This document shows positions 1 through 12,400 of a stretch of 64,000 nt of DNA, piece by piece; position 1 is the first letter of the stretch; every line of letters starts with the position of its first letter. Made by a program: the position numbers and the translations under genes. The notes beneath the pieces are model-generated. The model was given only the letters and a program-made list of their open reading frames with translations, was not told the DNA's origin and did no database searches. Source of the DNA: Malacoraja senta (Eukaryota); the NCBI GenBank assembly GCA_038087875.1, contig CM075999.1, forward strand, positions 3,908,001-3,972,000, given 5' to 3'.

Positions 1-935
1 GGGGACAGCAAGGGCTAGCAGAATTGGGAGAATTCAGTTCATGCCCCCAGGGTGTAGACTGCCGAAGCGGAATATGAGGTGCATTTCCTGCAATTTCCGG
101 TGTTGCTCGCTGTGGCCCATGGACGAGACCCAAGACAGAGAGGTCAGATACGGAATGGGAGGGGAGTTGAAGTGCTGAGCCACCGGGAGGTCAGGTAGGT
201 TATTGCGGACCGACCGGAGGTGTTCGGCGAAACGATCGCCAAGCCTCCGCTTGGTCTCACCGATGTAGATCAGCTGGCATCTAGAGCAGCGAATGCAATA
301 GATGAGGTTGGAGGAGATGCAGGTGAACCTCTGTCGCACCTGGAACGACTGCTTGGGTCCTTGAATGGAATCGAGGGGGGAGGTGAAGGGACAAGTGTTG
401 CATCTCTTGCGGTTGCAAGGGAAAGTACCCGGGGAGGGGGTGGTACGGGAGGGAAGGGAAGAATTGACAAGGGAGTTACGGAGGGAGCGGTCTTTGCGGA
501 AGGCAGACATGGGGGGATGTGAAGATGTGGCGAGTGGTAGGGTCACGTTGGAGGTGGCGAAAATGCGGCGTAGACGGAGGAATTGAGAGTGGGGGATGGA
601 GTCCTTACAGGAAGCAGGGTGGGAAGAAGTGGTAGTCCACATAGCCATGGGAGTCGGTAGGTTTGTAGTGGATGTCGGTATGAAGTCTATCACCTGCGAT
701 GGAGATAGTGAGGTCAAGGAATGGTAGGGAAATGTCGGAAATGGTCAGGTGTATTTGAGTGCCGGATGGAAGTTGGTGGTGAAGCGGATTAAGTCAGTCA
801 GTTGTGTGTGGGTGCAGGAGGTGGCACCAAACAGTCATCGATGTAGCGGAGGTAGAGGTCGGGGATGGGGCCCTGGTACATATTGAACAAGGATTGTTCT
901 ACGTACCCAACAAAGAGGCAGGCGTAAGCTGGGGC
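1..935 (-). mobile_element. Penelope-like retroelement, 5'-truncated and internally deleted (RT C-terminus plus GIY-YIG endonuclease); runs off the window start
   Basis: Translations YLRYIDDC and NLIYCIRCSRCQLIYIGETKRRLGDRFAEH; near-identical to 25952-27309; frameshifts present. Confidence 0.92.
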
Positions 936-941
936 AGGCGT

Positions 942-1430
942 AGGTGAGACCAAGCGGAGGCTTGGCGATCGTTTCGCCGAACACCTCCGGTCGGTCCGCA
1001 ATAACCTACCTGACCTCCCGGTGGCTCAGCACTTCAACTCCCCCTCCCATTCCGTATCTGACCTCTCTGTCCTGGGTCTCCTCCATGGCCACAGCGAGCA
1101 ACACTGGAAATTGGAGGAAATGCACCTCATATTCCGCTTGGGCAGTCTACATCCTGGGGGCATGAACATTGAATTCTCCCAATTCTGCTAGCCCTTGCTG
1201 TCCCCTCCCTTCATCAGCCCTCTGGTTGTCTCCTCCCCTCCCCCCCAGCCCGCAGGGCTCCTCCTCCGCCTTTTTTCCTTTCTTCTCCCCACCCCCTATC
1301 AGTCTGAAGAAGGGTTTCGGCCCGAAACGTTGCCTATTTCCTTCGCTCCATAGATGCTGCTGCACCCGCTGAGTTTCTCCAGCATTTTTGTGTACCTTCG
1401 ATTTTCCAGCATCTGCAGTTCCTTCTTTAA
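942..1430 (+). mobile_element. Inverted 3' segment of the same Penelope-like element (GIY-YIG end, 3' UTR, hammerhead-bearing terminus)
   Basis: Reverse complement of 1-~260 and of ~25955-26450. Confidence 0.9.
1304..1331 (+). ncRNA. Minimal type-I hammerhead ribozyme-like core at PLE terminus
   Basis: CTGAAGA-A-GGGT-TTCG-GCCC-GAAA-CG-TT. Confidence 0.7.
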
Positions 1431-3364
1431 CACATGATATGGATAGGACAGGTTCAGAGGGATATGGGCCACACGCAGGCAGGTTGGACTAATGTAAATG
1501 TAATAAACAAAGTGCTGGAGATAACTCAGCGGGCCAGGCAGCATCTCTAGAGAAAGAAATAGATGGAGTTTCAGTCGAAACTCTTCCTCAGACACAGGGT
1601 ATGTTGGTTGGTGTGGGCAAGTGGGTCAAAGGGCCCGTTTCCACGCTGTGACATATATAAATCTCATGGATAGGAATTCAGGAAGGTGTTTGATAAAGTT
1701 ACGAATGACCCAACATTTGTGGTATTGTGGAGAGTGTTGAAGGTTGTCAGTCAACAGCCATATACAGTATATATCAGGTAGAAAGCTGGGCAGAGCAAGG
1801 GCAAATACAATGTAATCCCAGCTGGTGTTGATGATGCTGTATATCTCTCAACCTCTCGATGTTTCTGCTGTTTATGTTTCAGTCTCAACATGGTTATTTT
1901 TATGCTAATTGAAGAAAAAATAACTCGTATGTTTCCCATATAAACAGCTGCAGAGTTTGAATTAACTCTGAAACCTCTGCGGCTTCTACACTTTGGAGAT
2001 GACATGAAAATCGTGCATGGGCAATCCTCTTCTCTTTAAGTGACTTTGGACGGTTGATAGCTTGTGACTGGGATAACATTCGGAAATATCATCGTACTTT
2101 GATGATGACTGAACATGAGGTGTCTGAAACGAGCTGCCAGAGGAGGTACAGTGGTTGAGGCAGAGACTATCACAAAATTTAAGAGACATTTAGGCAGGTA
2201 CATGGATAGGACAGGGTTAGAGAGATGTGGGTCAAACATAGGCAGGTGGGACTAGTGTAGATGGGACATGTTGGGCCAAAGGGCCTGTTTCCACGCTGTA
2301 TGACTATGATTCTATGAAACTGAAGACCTGATTAATGAAGAAATTGCTCCACAAATTCCAACCAATGTTCCTCTCTCTCTTCCACAGAAATGGAATCTGA
2401 CATCATTCCAGCAAGAAATAAGTGGATGCTTACACTTTCTCTGTCCATAGCTGAATTAGCAATTATTCTAATCCTGGCCAGTGCAGTGTGCAGGCCAATG
2501 GCTTCACAACACAGGTTGGATGTGTGAACAGTTGGCTGTGTGTGGACAGTATCTTATATCTTCTTGTGTTTTATGACTTGTTGGAATTTCCTTCCTGGGA
2601 TAAATAAAGTTCTATCAGATCGTATAACAGCTGGGAGGAAACTGTCCCTGAATGTGCCTCCAGTTCTCTAACCGCCATCATTTGGAACATTTCTGCTGCT
2701 TGTGCCGCGAGCTTAGAGACCCCGCCATTCGCAACTTTCTTTAAAAGTTATCCTGATTGACCAGGTTTGTTCAATAGCCATTCCTCTTATCTTTAGCTTG
2801 CTGTCAACACTTTGATTGTGCATCAAGGTCACTTTCTGTATCAATTCAGGCTATTGTGCAGTGCAAAAATACAAAACTATTTATTCATAATTTCCAATGT
2901 AGCAACCATCGCTAATTTTAGTATTGTTGTTGTAATCACTGTGCCATTTAAGGAGCTGAATAAATTCATTAATTATGTCCCGACAATCACTGTGGAAGAA
3001 CAGGACCTGATACAAGCTGTTGACCCAAAATGTCAACTATCATTCTATCTCCACAGATGCTGCCTGACCTGCTGAGTTCCTCGAGCAATTTTTTTTTGCT
3101 CCAGTTTCCAGCATCTGTAGTCTGTGTCTACACTCTTAATGGAGGCACTGATTGTTACTTCCACCTGCAGGGAGGCAATGGAAGTACATCTTATTTACAA
3201 TTTAATTTTTGTTACTGCGGTAAAAATGAATATGAAAGTTTGGAGAGAATTGTGAAACATATATGATAAATATGCCTTGTATCTGAAGTTCAATATGGCA
3301 GCACAAATATTTTCTTTCATTCAATAATATGCAGAAAATGCTGAGGAACGAAGGAGACCACAGA

Positions 3365-3840
3365 GAGTGATGGACACTGCCCGATCCATCACAGGTACTG
3401 AACCCCCACCACACACTGCCCGGTGCATCACAGGTACTGACCCCCCCCCCCCCCCCCACCATCGAAGGGATCTATAGGAGGCACTGTCTCAAAAAGGCAG
3501 CCAGCATCATCAGAGCCACACCACCCTGGCCATGCTCTCATCTCGCTGCTACCATCGGAAAGAAGGTACAGGAGCCTGAAAACCGTGACCTCCATGTTCA
3601 AGAACAGCTTCTTCCCAACAACCATCAGGCTCTTGAACACTGCACAACACTAACCTCAGCAACTGTGATCTTCTGCAGACTGTGACTTTGGTTGCACTAC
3701 AGACTTTGCTTTCTCACTATTATGTTTACCTATTAGTTTATTGTATTATTGTATATCTGTGTTCTTGTTTTTATGGGCTTGTTAAGCTGCAGCGAGTGTT
3801 TCATTGTTCCATTCCTGGTACAAATTACAATTGAACACAT
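3365..3840 (+). mobile_element. Rex1/Babar-like LINE 3' fragment
   Basis: Encodes HPGHALISLLPS.RRYRSLKTVTS.FKNSFFPTTIRLLN plus AT-rich tail. Confidence 0.75.
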
Positions 3841-4101
3841 TTCACTGTGGAGCTGCAAGGGACTCATCAAAAGTAGCTGGTCTGTGGATTGGTTTCCATA
3901 CTAATGGACTTGGCTAGACCTCTGATACTCAACACCAGTGGCGGGAGTGCTGCAGCATTCTTTGAGGGAATGAGTGTGGAGATACACCCAGTGTGCAGGG
4001 TAAGAGCATCAGAAAGCTTCCATTCATGGTAAAACTCTTTCCCTACAGTTATCTCAGTCCCCTGTAGGCAATCTGTTAACTGGAAAACACATCTTTGGAG
4101 T

Positions 4102-4250
4102 GTGGGAGGAAACTGGAGATCCCGGAGAAAACCGAAGCAGGTCACGGGGAGAACGTACAAACTCCGTACAGACGGCACCCGTAGTCAGGATCAAACCCGG
4201 GTCCCTGGTGCTGTGAGACAGCAACTCTACCGCTGCGCCACCGTGCCGCC
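4102..4250 (-). mobile_element. V-SINE 5' half
   Basis: Reverse complement of the SINE head and central domain. Confidence 0.8.
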
Positions 4251-5632
4251 CATTATGTTAATATTGGCTAGTGTGACAAACCAGACACAGTACGTTCGCA
4301 ATAGTTTATGAACCAAAGACATATTGTGATAACTTTATTGTACACCCTGCACACTGGGTGTATCTCCACACTCAGAGTAAAAATTAATACTTCAAATAAT
4401 TCAATCAAGATACATCTGATTGTAAAAGTCAAGTCTTTACAGTGTGTAGGTGAAGCTGAAGCCACAGCCAAAAGCAGAAGTTCCCCTGAAGTGGAAAATA
4501 ACTGTTGTGAAAACGAGAGATTTAAATCGCTTGGAAGCTGGAGGCTGCAGATAGGTGGTGTGGTTCCTTGATGATATTGCTTGTTTACTGGGATTGAGTT
4601 GAGTATTGGCATCAATGCCCTAGCATGATCAAGGCAGGAGGAAAGCAGAGAGACACAAAACTGCAAATGTTGGAATCTGGAGCAAATAAAAGTGCAGGAG
4701 GAGCTCAGGTCAGGCAGCATCTGTGAAGGGAAAGGACAAGTCTGGAGAAGAGTCTCGACCCACAACATCGTTTGTCCATTCCCTCCACAGATGCTGCCTG
4801 ACCCGCTGAGTACCTCCAGTACTCTGGGCTTGGCTCATGAGGAAAATAACATACATTTAAGATACGTTTGATATTCCCCTCAAACGTGGATTGATATAGA
4901 GACAGATTGTAACACTTTTTCAACGGGGATAATTTACAGATGGGAAGTTTGCTTTGCATGGACATGGAGCTACAAGACCATGCATGCCAATAAAAAACGT
5001 TGCTGGTTCCAGCCAAGCCAAATAGACAAGGCATTTCATAGAACCATACAGTACATGAACAGGCCCTTCAACCCACAATGTCTGTGCTATAACAGAGGAC
5101 AGATGACATTTTGGGTCAGGACCCATCTTCAGACTGGCATTAAGTTCAAACATTGTCTGTCCTTTGTGATATTTGATGCCTGGAAGAAATGGAAACGGGA
5201 GCAGTTGATGATGGGGAAGTAATCCTCTACTGACTGCTTTCTGTTATTTCACATTTCTAGCAAACTCTCTCAATTTTCCAAATAATTTATTTGTAGAATA
5301 AAAGATCATTGTGCATTACCACTGGGGAGCTTTCAGTGTTGGCTTCATGGTTTCCCTCCCTCCTGTACACGTGATTGTTATTCAAATTTTATCCTAAATC
5401 CTCAATATCATTAATTCATAGAGACACCACATCATTCAACAGGTTAGATCACTCCATCCACAGCATGTGTGACATGTTCAGCCTTGCAGTGTTCACATTC
5501 ATCTGTCAGGTATATTTCACTTCCAAGAGGCTTCATGTCTGATATATACATATTAAAAAAATAATACCCCCAAGAAAAATTTCACCAGTACTGAAAAACG
5601 TCACCAGTAACCACAATGTGCAAGCTAAACAT

Positions 5633-5825
5633 TGTAGAGGCCTGGACGAGGTCAGGAAAAGGCCAGACGCCAGGCAGGTTCAGAAGTCGTTGAATGAATC
5701 ATGGCAAACACACAGAACACCCCCGGAGCAGCTACCGGGAAACCCCGTGGGCAGACAATCGTCCCTGTCCCTCAAGAGCCGAGGGGGATGACCCAAGGAG
5801 TGGCCTAATGCCCAGGACCGCCACA
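5633..5825. mobile_element. Probable solo LTR (Gypsy-like termini)
   Basis: TGT...ACA ends with imperfect terminal IR (TGTAGAGGCCTGG / CCAGGACCGCCACA), 4-bp direct repeat ACAT on both sides, GC-richer than flanks. Confidence 0.55.
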
Positions 5826-6074
5826 ACATGTGGATGAGTAACCTTGTCCAAAGACAAAAGAAATGTTCCAGAAGGGTGAGAATTAAGTAAATGAAATGTG
5901 AAAATCAAAGGTACATCATCCATGGTAGATCAATCTCCTAAATGAGAATTATTCCAAGTAGATGGGGACATACCCTACAGCACAGCACACTCATTTCTAA
6001 TTTACTGCCTCACCGTTCCAATCATCTGTTACCCTGGCTTGTAAACATTCAGATTTCTTTATCCAGTATAGGAA

Positions 6075-6080
6075 TTTATT
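6075..6080 (-). terminator. Candidate polyadenylation signal AATAAA for zbtb8os
   Basis: TTTATT on + strand about 250 nt past the stop codon. Confidence 0.55.
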
Positions 6081-6332
6081 TTAATATATTAAAGACCATT
6101 TTCTTAGCAGTTATTTAGCACACTTTGACACATTATTACCAATACCAAAATACCCGGTGCTTTTAGTGTAACAAAACAAGGTGTGGGTACACCTCTAACC
6201 GTTCACACTGGCTGCTGTACATCAATGTCGTTTTCAACTTTTAGACGTACTGGTACACTGTACCATCACAAACAATCATTAAAAATATATACTTTGTACA
6301 TAGTTTAGATTAGTGCAAACAGAAATAAAAAA

Positions 6333-6419
6333 TCAAACATCTATGATGACGAAAATGTGAGGAGATTCATCCTCGTGAATCTGCATAGCTGAGTATGTGA
6401 TGGCTTTCACTTCAGTGCC
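6333..6419 (-). CDS. zbtb8os: archease terminal exon 7 (GTEVKAITYSAMQIHEDESPHIFVIIDV*)
   Basis: ttacag acceptor after a 115-nt intron; TGA at 6333-6335. Confidence 0.96.
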   Translation of the reverse strand, partial: GTEVKAITYSAMQIHEDESPHIFVIIDV

Positions 6420-9400
6420 CTGTAAGTGTAAACAAGACAACACAATAATTGCTGGGTATGATTCTGGGCTTTGAACACAGCAATTTCTAAAGCCACAAGG
6501 TAGGGCGACTAACAATTCCAACTTCACCCCTTACCTGTGGATGTTTGGCTATATCAAATTCTTCACCCCACCTTATGAGGAGAAAAAAATTGGTACATTT
6601 CAGAGTACATTTAAAAATATAAAATATGAGACACCAGACAATAATTTTGCACAAACTTCCCTTTCCACTAAAATGCTTATTGAAAGTAGGTGTAAGTGTT
6701 GTTAGAGACAGGATACAAGGTCATATTTTCATTGAACAAATAGACCCAGCAAATGGATCTCACTCAGTTCAGTGGATGCATCAGAATAACTTGCAATAAA
6801 TATACACTTATTCTCATCACCAAAGGGAATAATAATTTGCACACAAACCCACAGGCATTCGTTGTCAATTTTCACAACTTCAAAATCACCACAGTACAAA
6901 AAAACCTCTGAAACCTCACATCTTCCAAATTATCTTTCAATTCACCCATTAGATTTCATCCCTATTTACTTATGAAAATGCATTGGGGACGAGTAAATAG
7001 ACAGAAGGAAGGGTCTCAACCCGAAACTTCACCCGTTCCTTCTATCCAGAGATGCTACCCGCCCTGCTGAATTACTCCAGCATTTTGTGTCTATGATATT
7101 ATATTTATAAAACATAATAGTGCAAAGTCAAAAATAATAATGCCACTGGACTCAAAGATTGCTAATTCTCTAGACTTGGTTGGTATTCCAACTGTTCTGT
7201 GAAAGTACAGGCTTACCCTATTGATCGAATTGTATAATTAGTTCTGTCCAAGTGAATCACTTTCATCTCCTAAAAGAGAAACAAAGGAACGTTACAACAG
7301 CAACTGCAAACACCAACGGCAATTAGTAAACTTTCTAATGACAACAAATGGGCTAACTTTAACTGGGTCATCCCATCCAAACATGTATAGAAGGGGCCCA
7401 ACCACAAACACTGTTAATCTATGCTCTGCAGAGATAGAGCCAAACTACTCCAGCACTTTATGCCTTTGTTTTGTAAACCAGCATCTGCAGTTCCTTGTAT
7501 CCAGGTATTTTTGTGTGATAAGATACAGGTTCAAGACCGAGATTACTCACACTTGAAGCTTTCAAGAGGGGGGAGGATAAAAGAGGTCATAAGTGATAGG
7601 AGTAGAATTAATCCATTCGGCCCATCAAGTCTACTCCGCCATTCAATCATGGCTGATCTATCTCTTCCTCCTCACCCCATTCTCCTGCCTTCTCCACATA
7701 ACCTCTGACACCCGTACTAACAAGAATCTATCCATCTTTGCCTTAAAAATATCCACTGACTTGGCCTCCACAGCCTTCAGTGGCAAAGAATTCCACAGAT
7801 TCACTGACTAAAGAAATTCCTCCTCATCTCCTTCCTAAAAGAAAGTCCTTTCATTCTGAGGCTATGACCTCTAGTCCTAGACTTTCCCACTAGTGGAAAC
7901 ATCCTCTCCACATCCACTCTTTCCAAGCCTTTCACTATTCCAGAGGGGCCCTTCATACTAGTATGACTATCTTTGTTTGCAAAAACTTGTCTCAACCAAA
8001 TTTTAAAGTTAAAATAAGTCTTGATAAAAGTATTGATTTCTTTCAAAGAGTGTGTTTTTTGTTATAAAATATTGTTTTGCACTCAGAATGGAGATGATTG
8101 GGTTATTCTCTGGTTAATTAATTCATATGCTCTGCACCCACACCATCTCATCGACTGGTGCACTGTAGTCAATTAATAATCCGCTGAGCTAAATAGGTTT
8201 CCACTTTCTCTTCGAGCTTAATCTGGGATTCAAAAGTTCTCAAACCCTTCACTGGACTCATTTCATGTACATATAAAGTAGGAATGTATAAATTTGCAGG
8301 ACTGCTTAAAATTCGTAACACCTTTGAGAGGGCTGGTTCAGATTTTCTGAAACATAGCTATGGTAGCACAAACAATTCATTTCATGTTACTACTATATCA
8401 GTTCATGCACAATTTATTTTAAAACAGTCACTGACCCTTGGAATAAAAAACATTTCTGCACTGAACTGATACAGCCATTCAGCCATGAAATTATAGAGTA
8501 GAGATAACATGTCATGTCCTAAAAGAAAACAGAAATATTAGAGTTAGGGTAGAATTACTGTCTTATATTAATCATGCAAGTATTTCTGCAACTGACTGAG
8601 CAACAGAATATAGCACCTTCTGGTGATCAGCATCACCTGAGAGATGGAGGAGGGAGATGGGGAGGGGTGGAGGAGGGAGATGCCCCCTCCCTATCTACCC
8701 TCACTCCCACCCTCTACCCTGCTCTCTCTCTACCCCCCTCCCACTCTACCCCCTCCTTCTCCCTCTCTAACCCCCTCCCCCTCTCTCTCAACCCCCCTCC
8801 CTCTCTGCACCTACCCCTCCCTCTCTAGGGATTTAAGAGGGAGGGTGGAGGAGGGAGGGCTGGGGGATGAGGAGAGATCACAGCAAAACACAAATTCATT
8901 GAATGGACTCCAGAATGATCCCAGGAATTAGTGGGTTAACATATGATGAGTGTTTGATGGCACTGGGCCTGTACTCACTCGAATTTAGAAGGATGGGGGG
9001 GACCTCATTGAAACTTACCGAATAGTGAAAGGCCTGGATAGAGTGGATGTGGAGAGGCTTTATCCACTCGTGGGAGGGTCTGAGGCCAGGGCTCACAGCC
9101 TCAGAATTAAAGGATGTTCCTTTAGGAAGATGAGGAGGAATTTCTTTAGTCAGTGGGTGGTAAATCTGTGGAATTCATTGCCACAGAAGGTTGTGGAGGC
9201 CAAGTCAATGGATATTTTTAAGGCAGAGATAGATAGATTCTTGATTAGTACGGGTGTCAGGGGTTATGGGGAGAAGGCAGGAGAATGGGGTTAGGAAGGA
9301 GAAATAGATCAGACATGATTGAATTGCGGAGTAGTCTTGAAGGGCCGAATGGCCTAATTCTGCTCCTATCATTTACAAACTTATGAAGTTCATGGAATGT

Positions 9401-12400
9401 TTTGCTTTTGCAGCTTTACATCCTGCAGGACAGGTAATTCAGCAATAGGTTCGCAGCGCACATAAGACAGCAAAAACTAAAGTTTGAAGCTATGCACTTA
9501 AACCATTTTTCACAATTACAGTTGGGTTTCTTTCAGCAACAGGCTGGAAAATGCAGTTTGTAGGTAGTAGCATGTCAAGACATTCCTTCTCTCCAGAGAT
9601 GCTGCTGTCCCCGCTGAGTTACTCCAGCTTTTTGTGTCTATCTTCAAATTACAGCCTTCTCTCTATTCCAGCAGTGTCTTCTGTCCCTAATTGATTGGGG
9701 ATAATCAGCATGGCCTTGTCCATGGTAAATGTTGTCCCCTGAATTTGATGGATTTTTGTTTGAAGAAGCACCTAAACATATTGTTGAGGTCAGTGCAGTC
9801 TACATGAACATTAGCAAGGCCTTTGACGAGGTTCCACAAGGTAGGCTGAGCAAAAGGTTAGAGCCCATGAGATCTCGGGTAAGCTGGCAAAGTGTATCCA
9901 AAATTGGCCAGATGCTAGGAGACATGAGGTAGTTGTGGTAGACAGTTGGCTGTCCTGAATGGAGTCTGGTAACTGGCAAAGAAAAATGTAGATCACGCAG
10001 TCACTTAGAACAGCACAAACATTTTAAACTGATGCCCTGCAACCTTCCAGTATCACAGGACTTGATGCTTACAAAACCGAGCACATGTACCCGAAGCAGC
10101 TGATTAACAAATGACCCTGCCACACAAGGAAGCTCACATAGAGGATAACAGAAACGGTCACAGTTGGTTGAAAATCTATAAATGCAATTAAATCAACCAT
10201 AATGTATTTACTACAGTGGTAAGACAACCTTCAGCCTTCACTTCAAGTGTTGTTAAGGGCTGCACGGTTTCTATGTCTGTCATATAGCCAAACATGGCCA
10301 TTACAACCTGTTCAAAAGCCTCTTCAACTGTATCACCCCATGAGTGCAACCTGGAAAACAAAGGGGAACAGTTCAGGGCCTTGAACTGAGAGTCCATTCT
10401 CTTGCCATGTAATATGCAGCAAGTATAGTTTACACATTCTCTTAGCCACAAATATGCATTAAGCTGAGGCTTTATAAATCACTGGAGGGGCCACATTTGG
10501 AATATTTTGAGCAGTTTTGCACCCCATGTCTGAGGATGTGCTTGGCTTTACTGGAATGGAATTTACAGAGGAAACAATAGAAGCTAGCTTTCATCAAATG
10601 GCTTGGTTGTGAAGAGCAGTCTCGAATTCAAATGTTAACATATTTTAAAGGTCATGACCATTTCTAACATTTACAGTTCATGTACCAGCTCATTATTGGC
10701 ACTTGAAACAGGCACTAATTGTGACTCTTGTATACTGATTTGTACTATTTCTATACACTTGTATGGTATCTAAGTTGAGCTTATGTATAGTAATACTTGT
10801 ACTGAACTGTATGCAAAAATGAATTTCACTGCAGCTCGCTTCATGTGACAATAAAGTACCTTTAAAGCATGTTCTCCATCGTACCATTATTGCATTGGTA
10901 ACATGATCAAATTTCACATCATTTTCAGATTTCCCTACCATACCTTTGACATACCCAGGAACAGGAATATTGGTCCATTTTGATAGCTTTGCATTTTAAT
11001 AGATTATTATTGACCTTTCGCTTCAGTACCACTTTGCTGCACACTCTCTTGACATCCAAAGATATATCAATGACTGCCTTGAGCATACTCAGTGACTCAG
11101 CCTCCACAGCCTTTCGGATGCAGAAATCCTTTTTCATTCCACTGCTAAATGATTGGTCCCTTAGTTTGTAAGGTGACCCTTGTCTACTGACACCCCCACC
11201 ATGAAATAGCCAATTTCACATCTACCCATCACAAGCTGCTTAAGAATTGTGCATGGTTCAATTAGTACTAGTCTCATTCCTCTAACATCTCAAGAGTATT
11301 GAGCCATCCTCTCAATTTTACCATTTCTGGTATCAAATTGGTAAACTTTTGTGGAACTTTAAACTTTAAATATTGTCACAATACATTAAACCACATTAAA
11401 AACTTAAAGCACATTAATGTCATCCAATCTGCTTGTGTGGTGTATCTTCTTCTTCTGTCGTGTGTCTTTTAGACCTGCAGCTCCGTTGAGGCGAGCCAGG
11501 CCAACGTGTCATCGTCCAGGTCAATCAGACCTCGTTCACCATTCGGTGGCCGGTGTTTGGGGCAACTGGTGACTATGTGCAAGCAGTTTGGTATTAATAT
11601 CGTTCAAAATATTTTTTCTAGATATGGTCCAAGTTTGCCAGGCCAGATTCTAATTGGAAGAAGGTCAATGTTTGGAACTCAATTGGAAAAGCATGAAATA
11701 CTTTACATGCCTAACTAAGTGAAATCTTAGTGATATGGGGGATTATTTATATGCTAATGACCAGTAGAAATTTTAATAAGTAAGCCTTGGTTATGAAGTG
11801 ACACATTAATGTGTGTGTGTGTGTGTGAGAATTCTGGTTAATTCCTATTTTCTTCCAAACGCTAGGCCACAGCCTTCCCATTTTCACACATTCTACTCGC
11901 ATTTTCCCCGTCGAGGCAATAAACATCTTCCCGTCGCATTCCCACCTATATCTCTGGAGTTTTTAATAGTTTAGTTTTAAAAACAGCCGAAAACTCACCC
12001 TTTTCGGAAGAAAAACCCTAAGTGTCGTCACAATGCTCTCGCAAGGCAGGACGGGACACTCCGGGAGGGAGGGGTACTCCAGCGCTTGCGTGGCGGCGGC
12101 TGCCGGCGGCCAGTGGCGAGGGTGATGCCGCGGGCCCTAGCTGGAGCCGAGCCTCGTGCTCGAGCTGGAGTGAGAGCCGAGCTCGGGGCTTGGGATGGGG
12201 CCATGACCGGAGCCGAGAAGGAAGCCGCCGCCGGAACCAAAGGCGAGCCTGGGTCCGGGGTCAGGACAAGCCCGGGGGTGAAGTCGGGGCCTGGACAGCA
12301 GCACAGGCAGCGGTCAAGCTGACGGCTGGAGTCTACAGCCAGGGCCGGGCCGCGTATGAGAACCAGGCCCTGGCGCTGCTCTACGCCCTGGATAGGTCCT

